Shown piece by piece: positions 11,828-26,957 of a DNA stretch of 39,687 nt (positions are counted from its first letter, which is position 1; every line of letters begins with the position of its first letter). Source of the stretch: Priapulus caudatus. Its lineage: Eukaryota. A model generated the notes under the pieces. The model did not search any database. It was not told the origin of the DNA and saw only the letters and a program-made list of their open reading frames with translations. The stretch lies in contig NW_014577062.1 of NCBI RefSeq assembly GCF_000485595.1, positions 1,369,455-1,409,141 of the forward strand. The letters run 5' to 3'. A program made the position numbers and the translations under genes.

Positions 11828-12264
11828 GTAAGTACGTGCGTGTGTGTGGTAGCGGACGAGTAGACATGTGATTACGTAGCGCTGTCTACAGCAGCAGGGT
11901 CTACCTACCTATACGCTGCCGTAAACGCGGAGTGATCAGCACGCTCTGGGCGGTGAACGTGAGCTGAACACAGCTTGCACTACTAAAAAACAACGACGCT
12001 TAGGAAGCATGAGCTTTAGCACGAACAGGTTTCAGAGTGTCAACGCTGGGTTACCAGACCTGATACTCAAAAATAACAAGCAAAAGTAGGGCCTGCGAAT
12101 ACGGGAAACGGAAATTTTTGTAAAAAAGAGGTAAATACGTCTCATATTAGACGATAAACCGTGTAAACATGCCTTGGATAAAAGAAATACAATATGAACA
12201 GTGTAATCAGCATCCAAGTAATGGATGAGCACGTCTCGGTAAATAACTGGTAAATATGTAACAG

Positions 12265-12416
12265 ACGATGACGAAGACGACGACGGCGGCAATAACCACA
12301 CCAACGGCAGCAGCAGCAGCACCAGCAATAGCAGAAGCAGCAGCAGCAGCGGCGGCGGCAGCAGCAGCAGCAGCGGCGGCAGCAGCAGCAGCAGCAGCAG
12401 CAGCAGCCGTAGCAGT

Positions 12417-12457
<41 letters not shown>

Positions 12458-12733
12458 CAGCAGTAACCGCAGCAGCATCAGTAGCAGCAGCAGCAGCAGC
12501 AGCAGCGGCGGCGGCGGCAGCAGCAGCAGCAGCAGCTGTAGCAGTAGGAGTAGTAGTAGTAGTAGTAGCAGCAGCAGCAGCAGCAGTAGCAGCAGTAACA
12601 GCAGCAGCAGTAGTATCATCATCATTACCATCAGTAGCAGCAGCAGCAGTAGCAGCAGTAACAGCAGCAGCATCAGTAGCAGCAGCAGCAGCAGCAGCTG
12701 TAATAGTAGAATTAGTAGCAGCAACAACAGCAA
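12265..12733. repeat. Compound trinucleotide repeat, copy 2 (60 bp longer)
   Basis: Has a 63-bp extra block (…gtagtatcatcatcattaccatcagtagc…) and one fewer GCA than copy 1. Confidence 0.95.
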
Positions 12734-14605
12734 TGAGATTATCGTTTTCCCTCAGGGTTCCGGGGCAGGCCATAATTTTACATAGACAGCCAGGTTAGCA
12801 CGACAGATGTCTTTGAATGGGCGGTACGCAAAATTAGCCAGAGGCACACACCGCCATAACTCCGATTATAGCAGAAACACATCCAACTTTACGACACTGA
12901 TCATTCTGTTGAACGGTTGCATGTCTAAGTAGAATTAACCAGTCGCCCTCAGATTGCGATTGATAAGACGGTATGGTGCAGGTATGTAAGGAACCCATGT
13001 AGCTATAGCGTGTGCAGAAATGCACAACAGCCCGCAGCTAGTGTTCGCAGCGATGTTATAATTATGGGAATTAGACATTCGCGGTGACACCCTGTGAGCT
13101 CTGCATGCGCTATCCTCGGGATACGCACACATACGATTTGTCTTGCCGAATCTATACGAAATACTCGGCGCTCGAACTAGAAACCCACCAGTAAGCAACG
13201 TTCCCTGACTTTACCGCCGGTCATTTGGTCAGAGTATACGCACTCACGGACGAATGTTCGCCAGGACTAACTGATTGCGCAGGGTTGGACGCTTAACCAG
13301 GCGTCGTCAATCGAGATAAATGCACTACTTACGTACGCGTGCTGACGAGATAGTTTTGGGGCTGAAATAGAAGTCCACAAAATCATTCTGCCATGCGTAT
13401 AGTTGCAGAAATATTGTTCGGTTTATTGTATGCATGCAGTATATGCGAGCGTACGTGTCCCCGCGTACATTCATGCGTGTGCGCGTGTCCGTACCTGCTA
13501 AAATATACTTATAGTTTCCTGCTTTGCTGCGCTGTTTGTATAAACGATTTCCACCTAATGCTAGCAAGCTCATCCGCTCATCATCAAATGCTAGGCCGCT
13601 AGATAGAGTTTGTTGATGTAGCGGATTTAGACCACCGTGCGCGCTAACCCTTTCCCATTACTAAACACGCGGATCATAATGGCTAGGGTAAGTTAGGACG
13701 TTCGGGTAACTGTTCATAGACTAGCAGCTAGAATCGGTGTGTTAGTAGCTACTCTATGAAATCATGTATGAATATCAACGTACACACGTGTGTGAACCCT
13801 ACCCAGGCTTCGCATGCTACACAGGTATGTGAATCCGCTCCAGGCTTTGCACAGACCACATCCCCCAGATGGCGCTCACTACCAAGGCGTGTGAGGCGAT
13901 TCTAGTCGTCCCACTATATACACATGTGTGAAAATCCCCTTCTAGTACACTGCACAGGCGCGAAGCCACAGGAACATAAATCCGCTTCGTTCGTTAAAAC
14001 AAACTTACGCAAAAAATCTACGCTAAAAAACCTACGCTAAAGATCCACGCGAAGGCCCATGCATGCACGTTGTGCGCGAAACTGCCTTCTCATGCCAACG
14101 TTAGACTTGGCGCTGAAGAATGGCACACTAAAGCACCACATGCACTCTAATTCTCTATAAATGACATATGGCATATGACCGCCACCGTATGCTGCGCGGC
14201 GGCCACCCTCGAATTCCTGCGGTGGAGGCAACCGTCAGCGACTAAATCATCCTAATCGGTTCGAGAAACCGCGTCTGGTTAACACGACACATTATAGCTT
14301 GAGGATCTTTTCAGCGGCAGTCGTTTTTTCTCTCGTTAGCATTGGCCTATTTCGGATACGGCTATGGTGTTATTACGGCGGGTGCCTAGCCGAAGTAAGT
14401 GTATAGCCTTTCGCACTTCGCGCAGGTGACAGGCGACGTGTATATGTGACGCGGACATATTGAGTCAACTATTTCGGTGAAACATTATCTGTCTCGATGG
14501 TCTATTTGCCTGTAGCCCAGCAACGTGCGCATTATGTACATAGCTTTTGTGTGAAGCACGGTTAGGCAATGTGCCTTTGTCCATTACCACGCAAAATTAA
14601 TAACG

Positions 14606-15104
<499 letters not shown>

Positions 15105-15278
15105 TATCATATGATTAATCTAGTAGGTGTGGGCTTATCACAAAGCCTATCACTTCTGTTTATTGCTGTACTGCGACATACTACCAAGATATTCCTCATC
15201 GCGCTGGCGTAGGGCAATCTCATTTCTTACAACAGGGCTGGTTTAGGATGGGGATCAAAATTAATGTTACGACCAGGA

Positions 15279-15368
15279 TTAGGGTTAGGGTTAGGGTTAA
15301 GATTAGGGTTTGGGTTAGCAGTAGTGTTAGCGTTGGGGGTAAAGTAAGGGGTGGCGTTAGGGTTTGGT
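15279..15368 (+). repeat. Interstitial telomere-like repeat: (TTAGGG)3 followed by degenerate hexamers
   Basis: TTAGGG x3 (15279-15296), then TTAAGA TTAGGG TTTGGG TTAGCA ... TTAGGG TTTGGT in register. A noisy copy is at ~18731-18822. Confidence 0.8.
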
Positions 15369-17179
15369 GTGGTTTCCACGCTAATTACAACCCTATTCCC
15401 GACCATACAGTTGCCAATGCGATGACACTCCTTGGACAACCTATAGTGCGGTCACATCACGCAACCTCTCCCACTAACCGATATTACATTTGCCCGGCCG
15501 CTGGCGCCCTGGCCGCTAGGGCATCTGCGTCGACCACTCGCCTCTCTCTTTCTCTCTCCCCAGCGTGCGTGACGCCGACCGGCGGCAGCGTACGTGCTAC
15601 AATATTGATGGCGGCGGCGCCTAGCGGCCAGCTCGCACGACGATGATGATGGATGCACGGGGCGCGCCTCACGCGCCGCCGTCACGGCCCCGCTGCCGGC
15701 ATGAATTATAGATCACGCCGCTCGGGATCCCTCCCGTACGGACTCACGCACCGGCAACACCTTCTGCTCCCCGAAGTAGCCGCGCGCGTTTACGAGCGAC
15801 TCGCTCCATGCACAGACGCACGCACGCACGCACGAGCGCATACACGTACGCACGCACGCTCGCACGCACACACGCACGCGCCGACGCACACACGTACGCA
15901 CGCACGCGCCGACGCACACACGTACGCTCGCACGTAGGCACGCATGCACGAGTAACGGAATAACGTTCGACTCGAACCCGCATTAAATAGGGGGAAAATC
16001 CGGAAAGCCAGTCGGGTCATTCGCTGACTATAGCGGCGCGCATGAACAAGAAGTGGTAATCGTGTAAGAAGATGCTATTACGGTGACCGTAAGCACTTTG
16101 TTTTGCGCGCTTTCACGCCTCGCTGCTATAGCGCACAGCGAGCTCGCGCCGATTTTTGCTCGGATTAGCCGAAACGCCTAGACGTGCCGTCTTTAACGCG
16201 ATCATGCAGATTCTCGAAGTCAGGAGTTTTTTTTTGGCTGAAATTACAGGCGAAGTCTCTGTGAGCAGGAACGATTAGCTTCGTTGTCGGGAGTGAGGAA
16301 ATATCGCCGAGTGTTAGACAACATACGCCCATCCGTGCCAGAAAACCACACGACATCCCACAGCGATCACGCCGATAATAAATTAATGCCGCAGACATGC
16401 ATATTTTATCAATAATCATAACGCGTACGATCGCGGTTAAGTCGTCACGCGATCGCGGGCTATCCCCGCTGAACGATCACGTGGTCGAGCCCCTCCCCCC
16501 GTGCGTGTGCGCATCCATGTTTGACTAGCAGACAGGCCGATGCAGTGGCTTTTGTGGGCAATGAAGTTTAACCCGTCTCCCCCGGTTAGTCGTAAACAGG
16601 CGCCAACAATGCAATGCACTCGTGTGTGATACAAATGATAATTATCGTGATGCTGTCTTAATAGTTAGTTGGAATGCTGCGTTACGATTACTGAATTTTA
16701 TTTATCGCCTTAGTCCAATACACACGCGCGCGCGCGTATACACCAACGCACGCACACGCACGAGGACGTACGCATACTACACGCCCGTAAGTAAGTACGC
16801 ACCCTCGTACGCGATCACATATGCATGCGCGCTCAAACATGCACGCACGCACCCACGCACGCACGCGCATGGTGACTTATCCCGTCGGATAGTATCGTAG
16901 TATCAAGGGCTAATAATACCTTTCCAATTTACTTGATAAATTAATACTTTAATAATATGATTAGCTCTTGATAGTGTATAGACGAAGAGCGCGACGCGTC
17001 GGCTAGAACAGCCGTTACTTTCGTGTGTCCTCTCAGTCTCACGCTATATAGCAACATCAACCAAGCACGATTCTCAACATCTAACCTCTGCGAGAGCCCC
17101 TCACAAATACAATCCAGCAGCGCTGTTTTACTCAAAATATAGTTGTTTTCACTGCGCTGACTATATACACACCGAGAGA

Positions 17180-17206
17180 TGGAAAGAAAAGAGAGAAAGA
17201 GGGTAA

Positions 17207-17302
<96 letters not shown>

Positions 17303-17325
17303 GTGTGTGTGTGTGCGTGCGTGCG
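17180..17325. repeat. (GA)n then (TG)/(TGCG)n microsatellite
   Basis: Directly visible. Confidence 0.95.
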
Positions 17326-18433
17326 TAGGTTCATTGCTCTCAGCCGTCTAATTCCTGGTAAAATTCAAATAATATCAATCAGAAGATGATCATATGGCTT
17401 ATAGTTAGGGACCTATACCAGCGCTATCTGGTGATCGCATGAAGGACAGCAACTTCGGTAACTCGATGCTAAATCGCTGGCTTCGATCATGTCCTTCTAT
17501 CGTGGTTCTGACCGAGTCATTATGCCGATAGCCCTATTATATATATGTGGCAGCGGATAAGCACTTTCGTAACTGGAAGTTCTTGTTGAACCACCGATGA
17601 CCACACTGGTCATTATATATACAACCGAAGCCATCGATTCTCTGTAGATTTCTATAGCTGAGGGTTGCCCTCTCATAGCGCCGCTCGCTATAATGACGTT
17701 AATAACAGTGTAAACCCCGGAAACGGTTGATAACCATTCTGCATCAGGACTACATGGTCTTTCAGTGTATACAACCGCCTCAAATTGAATTCCGCTGCTA
17801 TCTTTGAAATATAATTGCTTAAGAATTGGCAATTTGCCTGCGTTGAAATAAACTCATTTCGAGCTCGCCTAGCTCATACACAGTTCATTAACGCTCTGCG
17901 CAAATTCGCATCAAATGCTTCGTAAGCTTCTCCCGTCTGCGTAATTATTCGATATTCGTACGCTGTTCGTCGGATACATTCAGAGTATCCCCGAATAAAA
18001 TCAGCGCCTAGTGTCTACTCGTAACTCCAAGCATGCTTTTCGGCGATTGATGTGTTACACTGCTGTGCGTGAAGGCAGGGCGTTACTGTGCATAGATTCT
18101 AAAGCATGTCAAATCAAATCTATGTACGATATGTATATACTGTTATACATATATATATATATATATATACAATAACTATGGTGATGGTGTATGCCATAGC
18201 TCCTTTGTGAGACGTCGCGTATTAGGCAACCTCTCCAGTTAGCATGCACTATTATATTTGCGAGATGTGCCAAGGATCACACTCGCTCCTAGCCTCAGCT
18301 CACCCTTTATACTCTACCATACCAAAATTACTATGAGTAAATAATCTCAAATATTGTTTTAAAAATCTCAATATATACTACTTATATAACTAATCTATAA
18401 AGTGTGAACACATCACCGATCCTAGTACACACA

Positions 18434-18538
<105 letters not shown>

Positions 18539-18540
18539 CG

Positions 18541-20700
18541 CGCGCGCGCGTATCATATGATAATCTAGTAGGTGGCGGGCTTATCACAAGCCATATCACT
18601 TCTGTTATATTGCTGTACTGCCGACATATTACCAAGATATCCTCATCGCGCTGGCGTAGGGCAATCTACATTTCTTACAAACAGCGGCTGGTTTAGGATT
18701 GGGGACTCAAATTAATAGTTACGACCAGGATTAGGGTAGGTAGGCGTTAAGATTAGGGTTGGCGTTAGCAGTAGCTGTTTAGCGTTTGGGGGTAAAGTAA
18801 GGGGGTGAGGTTAGGGTTTTGGTGCTGCGTTTCCACGCTAATTACAACCCTTATTCCCGACCATACAGTTGCCAATGCGATGACACTCCTTGGACAACCT
18901 ATAGTGCGGTCACATCACGCAACCTCTCCACTAACCGATATTACATTTGCCCCCGCTGCGCCGCCTGGCGCCTGGGCATCTGCGTCGACCACTCACCTCT
19001 CTCTTTTCTCTCTACCCAGCGTGCGTGACGCCGACCGGCGGCCAGCGTACGCTGCTACAATATTGATGCGCGGCCGCGCCTAGCGGCCAGCTCGCCACGA
19101 CGATGATGATGGATGCACGGGGCGCGCCTCACGCGCCGCCGTCACGGCCCCGCTGCCGGCATGAATTATAGATCACGCCGCTCGGATCCCTCCCGTACGG
19201 ACTTCACGCACCGGCAACAACCTTCTGCCTCCCCGAAGTAGCCGCGCGCGCGTTTACGAGCGACTCGCTCGCATGCACAGACGCACGCACGCACGCACGA
19301 GCGCATACACGTACGCACGCACGCTCGCCACGCACACACGCACGCGCCGACGCACCACACGTACGCACGCCACGCCGCACGACGCACACGTACGCTCGCA
19401 GTAGGCACGCAGCACGAGTAACGCGAGAATAACGTTCGACTCGAACCCGCCATTAAATAGGGGGAAAATCCGGAAAGCCAGTCGGGTCATTCGCTGACTA
19501 TAGCGGCGCGCATGAACAAGAAGTGGTAATCGTGTAAGAGCATGCTATTACGGTGACCGTAAGCACTTTGTTTGCGCGCTTTCACGCCTCGCTGCTATAG
19601 CGCACAGCGAGCTCGCGCCGATTTTTGCTCGGATTAGCCGAAACGCCTAGACGTGCCGTCTTTAACGCGATCATGCAGATTCTCGAAGTCAGGATGTTTT
19701 TTTTTGGCTGATAATACAGGCGAAGTCTCTGTGAGCGGAACGATTAGCTTCGTTGTCGGGAGCTGAGGGAAATATCGCCGAGTGTTAGACAACATACGCC
19801 CATCCGTGCCAGAAAACCACACGACATCCCACCAGCGATCACGCCGTAATAAATTATAATGCCGGCAGACAGGCATATTTTATCAATAATCATAACGCGT
19901 ACGATCGCGGTTAAGTCGTCACGCGATCGCGGGCTATCCCCGCTGATACGATCACCTGTTCGAGCCCCTCCCCCCGTGCGTCGTGCGCATCCATGTTGAC
20001 TACAGACAGCCGATGCGAGTGGCTTTTGTGGGCAATGAAGTTTAACCCGTCTCCCCCGGTTAGTCGTAAACAGGCGCCAACAATGCAATGCACTCTGTGT
20101 GTGATACAAATGATAATTATCGTGATGCTGTTCTTAATAGTTAGTTGGAATGCTGCGTTACGATTACTGAATTTTATTTATCGCCTCTAGTCCAATACAC
20201 ACGCGCGCTCGCGCGGTAATACACAACGCACGCACACGCACGAGGGACGTACGCATACTACACGCCCGTAAGTAAGTACGCACCCTCGTACGCGATTCAC
20301 ATATGCATGCGCGCTCAACATGCACGCACGCACCCACGCACGCCACGCGCATGGTGACTTATCCCGTCGGATAGTATCGTGTAGTATCAAGGGCTAATAA
20401 TACCTTTCCAATTTACTTGATAAATTAATACTTTAATAATATGATTAGCTCTTGATAGTGTATAGACGAAGAGCGCGACGCGTCGGCTAGAAACAGCGTT
20501 ACTTCGTGTGTGTCCTCTCAGTCTCACGCTATATAGCAACATCAACCAAGCACGATTCTCAACATCTAACCTCTTGCGAGAGCCCCTCACAATACAATCC
20601 AGCCAGCCGCTGTTTTACTCAAAATATAGTGTGTTTTCACTGCGCTGACTATATACACACCGAGAGATGGAAAGAAAAGAGAGAAAGAGGTAAAGAGAAA
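18541..20700 (+). repeat. Indel-rich direct duplicate of ~15095-17215
   Basis: Collinear throughout. Differences are mostly single-base insertions in this copy (e.g. tactgcgac vs tactgccgac, atctcattt vs atctacattt). Both copies are bounded by (CA)n on the left and (GA)n on the right. Confidence 0.93.
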
Positions 20701-20711
20701 GAAAGAGAGAG

Positions 20712-20759
<48 letters not shown>

Positions 20760-20815
20760 TGCTCTACACGGAGATCTTCAACCCTTTCACAGTACAACAA
20801 TAGCGTGAGAGAGAG

Positions 20816-20850
<35 letters not shown>

Positions 20851-21158
20851 GGCGAGAGAGTACGTGAAATAGGGCAAAAAAGGGGGAGACAAAAAAAGTA
20901 TAGATAGATATATCGATAGATAGAGGGCTAGAACAAGAGAGCAACATGAAAAACACGAGGGCGAGAGGAAGAAAGAGAGAAAGAGAGAGCCCGAAAGAAA
21001 GATAGAAAAAGAAAGCTATGGGGGGCGAACAGAGCAAGGAGAAAGAGAGAAAGCGAGCCAAGCGACGCGGCGACGCGAAGGCAGAGAGAGAGAGAGAGAC
21101 GAGAGCAGAGAGACGATCCCCCCCGGAGCACAAAGAGCCGACCAGGCGCAGCGAGCGA

Positions 21159-21215
<57 letters not shown>

Positions 21216-21225
21216 AAGAGAGAGA
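20700..21225. repeat. GA-rich, degenerate (GA)n tract
   Basis: Directly visible; gives the SLSL/ERER ORFs. Confidence 0.9.
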
Positions 21226-22119
21226 GGCTTCGTTGGCATGGCACAATTCTAAAAGAAGCTTATACCCAGTAATTCTCCATCTCTATGCGACTCACACTGC
21301 TGGACCGATGAACACAATGGCGTCTAACACCAGGTCTGTGGTTATATCGAACCGATTCTCACATACCACGGACGATCGCCAACTTGCGATGACGTCACGA
21401 CGCGTTTTTCGATGCTCGGCCGCTAGAGGACATAGTAGTCTCACGAAGACGGTTCTGGCAGGAAGCGTATAAACTTGAAGACGAATGGCTGTGTATGTAG
21501 CTCCCAGGGTTTATCGACTAACTGTCATGACGTACCAAATAGAATGATTCGGTCGTTGCAGCCGCTGTCATTTCCCTGTGCAGCAGGCAGATGAAAATTG
21601 TCACCGTATAAGAGCACGAACGCAACGATATTTTATAATCCGGACAAAATGATGGAACTAATGATGGATCGAACTGAATAAATTAAGCATCGTTTGAATA
21701 TATTTGTCAGCTCATATCGTAATTAAATGTTCACAATTAACGCTAGCCATCGATGCATGACTATGCGCGAATGTCTTAGCAAATTACGAAGAAGTGAAAT
21801 TGAACAAAATAGAGAAAAATGAGTTGTGTGATATCTTTCGTAAGAATTATTTAAGACGCATCCACTCGTAATCATTGTTAAAGCCAGACACTGAATTTGT
21901 TTACGATACAAGATATATTGTTACAAGAGCGTATTAAGAAGGATGAATTTATTATACCTTCTTACTACGTTCTTGATTGTAACGATGTATTGTTATACCT
22001 GCACGACTGCTTGGGTGGGCTCGGGCATGAATTCGGGCCCAAAAAATATGTTCGTGTATCTCTTACGTGCAGGGTTTTATAATGGGTATAAAAGATGTTG
22101 GAGCGCAATTATATCTATG

Positions 22120-24370
<2,251 letters not shown>

Positions 24371-25000
24371 TCGTCTCGGACACATTTCGTGGAATGCGTC
24401 TGTCTGTTGTTATTACGTCAGCGGCCAACCTGATATATAACTGAGGCGGAATCGCGGGCTATCACGCTACACGCTCACTGACCGAATTCATAGTTGGTAT
24501 TTGTTGCTCAGCCGGCTCTCATCGTTGCGCAAGCAAAGGTTAAACCGTACGCGCGCTGGTCACGCAACCGTCAACCAGCCCGCGTCTTTCATTACATTCT
24601 TCCCGGATCGTCTGCGCACCACTGGCAAGCGCTCGCGCTCACGTCGAACGTTCTCCGAGTTTCCTGATTTAGTCCGGCCCACCGCACGCCGCGTCCGCCG
24701 CACAACCGGCCGGCCTGCGTCGCAGAGTGTAGCCGCCGTCACGCGACGCGGAGACAGTCTAACTCAACCGACCCACACGACATGTTCGAGTCGATGACGC
24801 GGAAGATGGCAGCAGGAAATCCGCCGTGTCACGCTGTGTGGTATGGTTCATCCGAAAAAAGCGGTCCAAAAATGCCGCAGATAAATCGGATTAGTGAGGG
24901 GGAGGGGGTGCGTTTACTAATCCTCTTAGCTGCATGCCTAGCAACGTCATGCAGGCATCCAGCCGACAAACTATTCAGTAATGCGACGATCTACGCTAAC

Positions 25001-25360
25001 TAGTCGTGTATGGTAAAGTACACTAATTGTATGGTAAAGTACACCAGTCGTACGGTAAGATACACTAATCGTATGGTAAAGTACACTAATCGTATAGTAA
25101 AGTACACTAGTCGTACGGTAAAGTACACTAATCGTATGGTAAAGTACACTAATCGTATAGTAAAGTACACTAGTCGTACGGTAAAGTACACTAATCGTAC
25201 GGGAAAGTGCACTAGTCGTATATGTAAAGTGCACTATACTACATACATGCAGTATACTAGTCCTACTATACGGCTAGCTACGCAAGTTGTACGGTAGGCT
25301 ACATTAGTAGTACGGTAGGCTACATTAGTAGTACGGTAGGCTACATTAGTAGTACGGTAA
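25001..25360 (+). repeat. 21-bp minisatellite (TA(G/A)TCGTA(C/T)GGTAAAGTACAC, about 11 units) switching to the variant TACGGTAGGCTACATTAGTAG (about 3 units)
   Basis: 7-aa periodicity (YTNRMVK) in the ORF track. A noisy copy is at ~32228-32680. Confidence 0.93.
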
Positions 25361-26957
25361 ACTTAACTATTCGTACGATAGACTAATTCGTCTACGATAA
25401 AGCATTCGTACTGTAACGTTAACTATCGTTCGTCTATCTGGCGGCAACAGAAAACAATAGATGATACGAATGCACTATGCCCTAACGGGGCGTTTCTTAA
25501 ACTTTATTAGCTTTTAGCTGAATGGTGCTGCATAAAGGCTTTGGCTAAATCGTGAAGATTCCATGAACGGTAATCAGCGTGGTGGGTGGCAAGCAGAGAA
25601 CGTGAGGGAGCAGTGGATGACAGTGGTTCAACGTTAATCACCACTCCCCTTCTCTCGCTCGCCTTCTTTCCCTCTTCCCCTCTCCCTTTCTCTATGCCTG
25701 TCTCGATCTCTCTTACTCCCTTTCCATAGCTTTCGTTCTGTTTCTTTATACCTGGATCTCACTCTATCAGTGTCTCTGTCTGTGTCTGTGTCCGTGTATG
25801 TGTCACTGCCACTGCCATAGTCACTGTCACAGTCACTTTTATTGCCACTGTCACTGTCATTGTGATTGTCATTTTCACTGCCTCTCCGACCTTTGAATCT
25901 CCTCATTATGACCGTTTTTATTATTTTTTATCAATGCCTGAATAAACCCTACCGCTCCATCAAAACCATAAAAGCGTCGGTAGTAATCGTCCTAATATAC
26001 ATGCCGAAAATATACACGTAATGCTAGTTTCCACCGGCTAAAGTCCGCCATCAGCAATCGTAACATATACTGTGCATCGTTGACTCGGTTGATATGCATG
26101 GGATCAGGCGCTGTCACGCACACATGATTACCGTGCAGCTAAGTGACGAAATCTAACGGTGTGGACGTCGCTACCCTATCAGCGAGTGAGCACTATAGAG
26201 CTGGCGAGTGATGCAGCGTGGATTTCTACCCATGACCCGTGTCGGTGGACTGCTTCCCGCTCTGCTGCCACTAACGCATAGTGGGAAATTGGAAATGCAA
26301 TGAGAGCGACAGTTAATGTTGATGGTTTATATAGGTATACTACTAGATCACAATTAAATATGGGTGACATGCACGTAATACAATGTGATGTATCTATACC
26401 TATAAGATATAACCCTCACAGAGATGGGTGTCAGAGTATGTGTCTGTTAAATTATACTATAAATGCAAAATGTACTCACTTAATTTATTATTAATATCTT
26501 TCAACACAGACACGCACACATTCGCGCGCACACACACACGCACATACACATCCATGCGCGCGCACACACAGATTGAGGACGCGAGGGAGAGGGAAAGAGA
26601 AAGAGAGAGCGCGCGCGCGCGAGAGAGAGAGTGACGGAGAGAGAGAGAGAGAGAGAGACCGAAAGAACGATAGAATGCGACGGAGAAGGGAGACGGTCAC
26701 GACTGTACGAGTGGATGCGCTTGATCATGAGGTCCTGCTATTTGCACATGCACATATAGCTAGTCTATCGCTTCTTCTCACACTCTGCCGGCTCGATTCT
26801 AATGCCTATATTTGGCCTTGAGCCCGCTTAAATTTCCAGCGCATCTCGATTTCCGCTCTCAGATGTTGACCGAAATGGGGTTCTGGTGGATTTTCTGCCA
26901 CGGCCCTTTATTTGAGTTCCGGTCAGGCCATCTTATATGCAGGATATTATATATATA

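Larger units (their letters stand above)
10080..14556 (+). repeat. Near-identical tandem duplicate of ~5455-9871 (probable haplotypic false duplication)
   Basis: Offset is 4625 before and 4685 after the trinucleotide tract. The ORF track gives identical translations except in that tract. Copy 1 stops exactly at the N gap, while copy 2 continues into unique sequence. Confidence 0.95.

Noticed and set aside
17497..17832. 111-aa non-repetitive minus-strand ORF
   Set aside because: Non-ATG start, no recognisable family and no exon signals; its length is compatible with chance.
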